Origin: a virus
Lineage: Duplodnaviria; Caudoviricetes
Strand: one strand, 5' to 3'
DNA: 51,436 nt
IMG/VR virus record: IMGVR_UViG_3300047189_000007
Span: 1 to 51,436 of that record
Of this stretch, positions 46,647 to 51,436 are shown one piece after another. Under the pieces are notes generated by a model, which worked only from the letters and a program-made list of their open reading frames with translations, was not told the DNA's origin and did not search any database. The position numbers and the translations under genes are program-made. Every line of letters begins with the position of its first letter. Position 1 is the stretch's first letter.

Positions 46647-46659
46647 ACTCACTCTCCTT

Positions 46660-47874
46660 TCATTTAACATCTTCTTTTAAGTTAGACTTATACCATATCC
46701 CTGTCTCCCCCTTAGGTCCCCGAAACATCTTCTGTACCCTTCCTGTTTTTGTTGCAGTGTTAATGACATTTATAAACTTGTTGTCATCGATGTCTCTCCA
46801 CACCATAGACATGAGGCGAGTCTCAGATATCCACTTGTAATCAAAGATAATCTGCATTACAGTATCAACCTCACTGGTAACATCAGACTTACCAATGGCT
46901 CTGAATACTAAGCCCATATCGCGCTCAACAGATTCGACATCCTCAATAGCTTTCTGTATATACCTCCACTCCATCTTCAACTCATTGGATACAGACGCTG
47001 CCCTGCCTATAGCTACCTTCAACACATACATAGGCTTTCTGCTGTACCACCCGTCAAATGATTTGTCCTGGCATATCCGCTTCTTACTCTTCTCATCATA
47101 TGCCATATACCATCTATCCCATTCTCTGTCACACTCAGGAGTCATTATATAATCTCCTGCTATTCGTGAGATTTGGTATAGATCTCTAACGAGTTTCTCT
47201 TGTAGAACAATCTCTGCCTTTGTTAGTTTTGGCTTAGGAGCTTTACACTTCTTGTCATCTGCCCAGATAAAGAGTATCCTGGATGTAAGTCCTCCACCAA
47301 CTGCCGTAGCAGGTAGGGTTGATGCAAGTGACTGCGGTGTAGTGGCCGCGAGGAGATTAATAAAGACTGATGGGATTACATTCGATCCGCTATTCTTAGT
47401 ACGATATTTTCTAGGTAGTTCCTGGCAGTCAAACACATCCGTCAGGAACACAACCATTCTGGTATTGTCCTTCTTCTGCCCAATGAAAGACTCGAATTCT
47501 TTAGAGATAATACTGAGAGAGCTGTGCCTGAACACTTCTCCATTGGGCATAGGTTGATCCATAGCAGAACTTTCTAGATCCTGCAATAGAGCTTCCTTAG
47601 TTGTTTCATCAGCACTCATTACTATCTCTGGGATCTTAGCCAAGAACTCTACTCCAAATGAGATAGCCTGAGTTTTACGAGCAATGCCTGGTTCTGCAAC
47701 AAATACTAAATAGATGTTAGGATATATATTTATCCTGCCTATTGGGAGCTTAACCTTCTTTCTCAAGGCTGAAGCTATCAGTGAATGACTTACCCACTTA
47801 TCATATACTGCGGCAGGCTCCGTGTTGGTCATAAACTCTTTGTAACTTTCGATCCAATCTGGTAGCTGACGCAT
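46660..47874 (-). CDS. DUF3987-type P-loop ATPase (putative replicative helicase)
   Basis: PNIYLVFVAEPGIARKT Walker A variant, LLAATTP, GGLTSR. Confidence 0.7.
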   Translation of the reverse strand: MRQLPDWIESYKEFMTNTEPAAVYDKWVSHSLIASALRKKVKLPIGRINIYPNIYLVFVAEPGIARKTQAISFGVEFLAKIPEIVMSADETTKEALLQDLESSAMDQPMPNGEVFRHSSLSIISKEFESFIGQKKDNTRMVVFLTDVFDCQELPRKYRTKNSGSNVIPSVFINLLAATTPQSLASTLPATAVGGGLTSRILFIWADDKKCKAPKPKLTKAEIVLQEKLVRDLYQISRIAGDYIMTPECDREWDRWYMAYDEKSKKRICQDKSFDGWYSRKPMYVLKVAIGRAASVSNELKMEWRYIQKAIEDVESVERDMGLVFRAIGKSDVTSEVDTVMQIIFDYKWISETRLMSMVWRDIDDNKFINVINTATKTGRVQKMFRGPKGETGIWYKSNLKEDVK

Positions 47875-47876
47875 GA

Positions 47877-48269
47877 CTATCCTTTCTGAAACAGTAACTT
47901 CAGCGCATCATTGAAGTGAGCCTCGTTTGATTTTGGAGCTATGCTCCGACGTTGTCTTCGTACAAAGTTTGTTACAGTTGCTTTCATTTCATCCAGTTTA
48001 TCTATAACGCTATTGATATAGAAGTTCGTATCACCGGAGAATCCACTCAATGCCTCTAATGACATAGAGATTGGTATTATCACTATACGGTAAGTAGATG
48101 CAACATTCTTCCTACCCTTTACTTCATGAAATACAGTGATATTATGTATCCCTGACTGTACTATACTGATATCAAGATCAGTATGATAGGCTGCTATCAG
48201 TTGAGTTCTTAGTGCAGCCACTGCTCTTTCTGCCTCTAATACAGAGGTGACTACAATTACTGAATTCAT
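47877..48269 (-). CDS. Hypothetical protein
   Basis: AAGGAGG RBS. Confidence 0.7.
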   Translation of the reverse strand: MNSVIVVTSVLEAERAVAALRTQLIAAYHTDLDISIVQSGIHNITVFHEVKGRKNVASTYRIVIIPISMSLEALSGFSGDTNFYINSVIDKLDEMKATVTNFVRRQRRSIAPKSNEAHFNDALKLLFQKG

Positions 48270-48286
48270 TATACCTCCTTATATAT

Positions 48287-48311
48287 CATCAATGACAATT
48301 TTTGACATTGC
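48287..48311. repeat. Dispersed palindrome, copy 10 (intergenic)
   Basis: CATCAATGACA ATTTT TGACATTGC. Confidence 0.9.
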
Positions 48312-48312
48312 T

Positions 48313-48627
48313 CTAGAATGGAAGAGTAATATACTTAACTGTCACTTCGACGCGCTGTCCTTTTTGCACTACGACATCAGGACTTATAGTAACACAGTCT
48401 CCAATATCCATTTTAATAAAGTTACCGATACGTGTATTGCTGGCAATTGTCAGTCTGTCTATAACACAGCTCATTGTGATTAATACTGACACTGGTACAT
48501 CGAACTGAGTGATGCGAGCCATGCCAACAAACTTGTTTTCAGCCATAAGATGGATTGTACCAGGAAGCATTTCATTCTTGAAAAAGTCGTTATACTGCTC
48601 CCTCATCGCCGGACTCAAGTATATCAT
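48313..48627 (-). CDS. Hypothetical protein
   Basis: AGGAGG RBS inside the polymerase 3' end. Confidence 0.6.
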   Translation of the reverse strand: MIYLSPAMREQYNDFFKNEMLPGTIHLMAENKFVGMARITQFDVPVSVLITMSCVIDRLTIASNTRIGNFIKMDIGDCVTISPDVVVQKGQRVEVTVKYITLPF

Positions 48628-50977
48628 ACTCTTCCTCCTTTTCTAACTCTCCCCAACAATAGCCGGTTTCGAAGTCAACTTGGATGGCAAACTCTTCGTA
48701 TGAATACTTCAGCGGACGTATCATACACTCCTTCATCCGCTCGATGGTTAGTTCAATCGCCTCAGGATTATCTGGACACTGTACATAGATAGCATCATGA
48801 AGCTGGAGAATGATATCTATCTCGTCTCCATACTTATCATACAGTATTCTCATAGACTCGTTAAGAAGATCTCCGACAGTACTCTGCGGGATATAGGAGT
48901 ATGCACTCCGGAACATCTCATCTCCCCATCTGTCAAGGAATCTATGCTTCCTACCCAACAGATTGGTAAGACTTCTTGTCTGTTTGAGTTCAGTCTGAAT
49001 CACCAGGTACCACGCACGAAGCAGGGAATTAGCTCGATGGTACAGATCCAGAAGAAGCTTAGCATCCTTCAGTTCAATACCAAGTTGATCAGCAATAACC
49101 TGAGGACCAGCACTGTATGAGCAAGCATGTCTAAGAGTCTTACCAATCCTTCTCATATCAGGAGTGACATCCTCATAAGCAACGCCAAACATCAGACTAG
49201 CAGTGAGCTTATGTACGTCATACTTGTCAGCTTCTTCCTTTGTTGTAGCCAGTGCTGACTGCTGGAAGAAATGTTGGAGTCTAACATCACCACTGACATA
49301 AGCCACAACAACAGCTTCAGCCTGTTTATAATCTGCTCGTACAAAGATCTTTCCTGGATCGCATACATAGATCTTACGTGCTATAGGTGGGATATTCTGT
49401 AGATTCCCACTTCCGTAGGTAAGAATGATAGATGCGCTACTACTCCATCTACCAAAGGACTTGCGCCCCTCATCCTCTGTAACAGATCCAGTTATGTTAT
49501 AAGAGGTATGATACCTACCTGTAGGTGATGGTGTCTCATTCAAGAACTGACATAGCTTCACAAGCTTTTTATACTCAAGTATCCTTGTAAGCCAGGAGTG
49601 AGCAGGAAACTTAATAGCAAGACGCTTTACTGCTTTAGCATCTGCTGTTAGTATTCTTGTTTGCTCGATAGACTTTCGTCGTTTAAACTGCGGTGGCAGC
49701 CCAAGATCGTAGTACAATAGTTGCTGCATTTGCTTTGGGCTGTTGAAGTTGATTGGCCTTCCAAAGTGAGTCTTTAACTCTGTGTTAACAGCCTCAGCCT
49801 CAGCTGTCTTCTCAGCCAGCATCACCTTTCTCTTTTCATTATCGCAAGCAATACCCTGCAACTGCAACATGGAAGCCACATCAATGAGGCTCATCTCGAA
49901 GTCGAAGGTATGCCTTTGACTCTGCCTATCTAGTTCCTTTGAGAGAGGATCTGCTATGGCATAAGTACGGATTGCATCCAGTGCGTTATAAGTCGCACTG
50001 TCAGCCTTTGATGTATTCTTCCATGCTGGGACGTCGAGTAGTATACTCCCGAGAAATCCTAGATCTCGAGGATACTCAGGAAACAACACATGCGCTGCTA
50101 TGAGAGTGTCCATTGTGACTTTCTCAAACAGCACACCATGATGATGCCATAGGACAGACTTATCAAAGCAAGCATTATGCATAATACACTCACATGCTTT
50201 GCCTATCTCTGCCAGCATCCTCCACAGCATTGCCTCTTCCTGCGTAGATACAGTAGGAACATTATCCTTGGTAATCCAGAATGACATACCGAAGGATGCG
50301 TGGTCTGCTACTCCGATAAGGTAAGGATATGCAGTGCCTATGTGTGTCTCAAGATCTACTGATAGTCGCTTCTTTTTAGCGAGTATGCTGCTAAGATAAT
50401 CCATGAACATCGTGTACTGTGCACCTGCCACAATGTGTGTCTTATCTATTGGAATCTTTGGACTTACAGAGTGTTGATACGCCTTGCGTATATCATAGAC
50501 GGACGGGCCGAACAGCTTCCAATCATGATTGATTGCTTGTGGATGATATGTAGGAACTACCTTTAACCCAGGTACAAGAGTAGATTCTGTCACATATCCT
50601 CTTGTTCCTTTAATAGCTTTCACACCAGTTAGTGCCCATATAGCATACGAGCCAAGAGCTACAACCACATTAGGCCTGTTCGCTTTGAGCTCTTGACGCA
50701 GTGATTCAACCCACGCTACCATCTCAGGCTTTGGTATTGTACACTTACTATCATGAAAGTAATGACTCATGTCATTAGCTGGAGGACGCTGAAGTGCAAC
50801 ATTTCTGATGCGTACTTCTCGCCTATTGATTCCAACCTGTGATAGAACTAAGTCGAAGACTTTCCCGGCTCCCTTTATGTTATCAAAAGGACGGCCAGTT
50901 CTATCCTCAACCTCCCCAGGAGCTTCTCCCACGAAGAACATCTTACTACCAACAGGACCTACTGTCTTAACCAGCAT
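48590..50977 (-). CDS. polA: Family A DNA polymerase with N-terminal uracil-DNA-glycosylase-like and 3'-5' exonuclease domains
   Basis: UDG GEAPG/HP; Exo DLET, HNACFD, YNALD; motif A DYKQAE, motif B RRIGKTLRHACSY, motif C LHD. Confidence 0.93.
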   Translation of the reverse strand: MLVKTVGPVGSKMFFVGEAPGEVEDRTGRPFDNIKGAGKVFDLVLSQVGINRREVRIRNVALQRPPANDMSHYFHDSKCTIPKPEMVAWVESLRQELKANRPNVVVALGSYAIWALTGVKAIKGTRGYVTESTLVPGLKVVPTYHPQAINHDWKLFGPSVYDIRKAYQHSVSPKIPIDKTHIVAGAQYTMFMDYLSSILAKKKRLSVDLETHIGTAYPYLIGVADHASFGMSFWITKDNVPTVSTQEEAMLWRMLAEIGKACECIMHNACFDKSVLWHHHGVLFEKVTMDTLIAAHVLFPEYPRDLGFLGSILLDVPAWKNTSKADSATYNALDAIRTYAIADPLSKELDRQSQRHTFDFEMSLIDVASMLQLQGIACDNEKRKVMLAEKTAEAEAVNTELKTHFGRPINFNSPKQMQQLLYYDLGLPPQFKRRKSIEQTRILTADAKAVKRLAIKFPAHSWLTRILEYKKLVKLCQFLNETPSPTGRYHTSYNITGSVTEDEGRKSFGRWSSSASIILTYGSGNLQNIPPIARKIYVCDPGKIFVRADYKQAEAVVVAYVSGDVRLQHFFQQSALATTKEEADKYDVHKLTASLMFGVAYEDVTPDMRRIGKTLRHACSYSAGPQVIADQLGIELKDAKLLLDLYHRANSLLRAWYLVIQTELKQTRSLTNLLGRKHRFLDRWGDEMFRSAYSYIPQSTVGDLLNESMRILYDKYGDEIDIILQLHDAIYVQCPDNPEAIELTIERMKECMIRPLKYSYEEFAIQVDFETGYCWGELEKEEEYDILESGDEGAV

Positions 50978-51436
50978 GTTGCCTCCTTACGAGTTCGGCT
51001 TTATTTCAATAGTAGAATCTGTTTGGATTGACTTGAGCATCTCACCCATGTCATATACTGCCTTACACTTAGTGCACATAGCGCATGGTACAGGCAGCAG
51101 ACTTGGATGCCCATCCGGAGAGTAGATAGCTGGTAGTATACGGAACATTACCACCTGCTCAAATACCTTGCCCTCGCAAGAACAGATAACGATCTTAAGA
51201 TCATTCATATCAACGTTGATATTTGCTACTTGTTGCTTTCCCATCTCATTCTCCCTTCGCTTTGATATAATCAATCAGTCTCTTCTGTGCTGTTGCGTAA
51301 GACTCAATGCCCTTATCACATCCTATAGGATATAGATTGAGCTCAAGTGCTGCTTGCAACGTAGCTCCACTACCCATGAAGCAATCATACACAACAGCTC
51401 CTGCCATTGTTACTCTGCTTAGAAGCTCCTTTAGCA
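50419..51436. repeat. Terminal overlap, copy 2
   Basis: Matches 1-1018. Confidence 0.97.
50987..51244 (-). CDS. Small putative Zn-binding protein (second allele of 569-826)
   Basis: 3 amino-acid differences from the first copy. Confidence 0.75.
   Translation of the reverse strand: MGKQQVANINVDMNDLKIVICSCEGKVFEQVVMFRILPAIYSPDGHPSLLPVPCAMCTKCKAVYDMGEMLKSIQTDSTIEIKPNS

Noticed and set aside
2312-48311. Dispersed palindrome as CRISPR repeats or promoters
   Set aside because: Copies are kilobases apart with no spacer array; the embedded TTGACA lacks a 17-bp-spaced -10 box in the copies checked
1-51436. Genome-wide TGA or TAG reassignment
   Set aside because: All three stops end genes at tightly coupled junctions and coding density is high under code 11

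Overview
The window is a complete, circularly permuted genome of a tailed dsDNA phage. The unit length is about 50,418 bp: 1-1018 is repeated at 50419-51436 with about 40 substitutions and no indels. A minus-strand early/replication arm (about 44.5-51.4 kb joined to 1-14.3 kb) encodes a UDG-PolA fusion polymerase, DUF3987-type ATPase, ThyX-like protein, ATP-dependent ligase, nucleoside deoxyribosyltransferase-like protein, ParB-methyltransferase fusion, SSB/Sak4/Cas4-like recombination module, nucleotidyltransferase, dNTP diphosphohydrolase and an RHH regulator. A plus-strand late arm (14.6-44.5 kb) encodes terminase, tail-fibre-like and lysis genes, a P22-like portal, scaffold, N4-gp56-like capsid, tail and probable ejection proteins, suggesting a podovirus-like particle. 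No integrase, RNA polymerase, primase, tRNA or CRISPR array was recognised. The strongest unexplained signals are: (1) a 25-bp quasi-palindrome (MATCRAYGWCA-W5-TGACATYGM) in 10 copies around the whole genome, never more than about 8 kb apart; (2) a virion-region gene with an in-frame TGA followed directly by a bacterial-SECIS-like hairpin (candidate phage selenoprotein or readthrough); (3) a 17-bp 5'UTR-3'UTR duplex enclosing the first early gene, plus several multi-stem RNA elements in the early operon; (4) His at the PolA 762-equivalent position. All protein family calls come from recognising motifs by eye, not from database searches.
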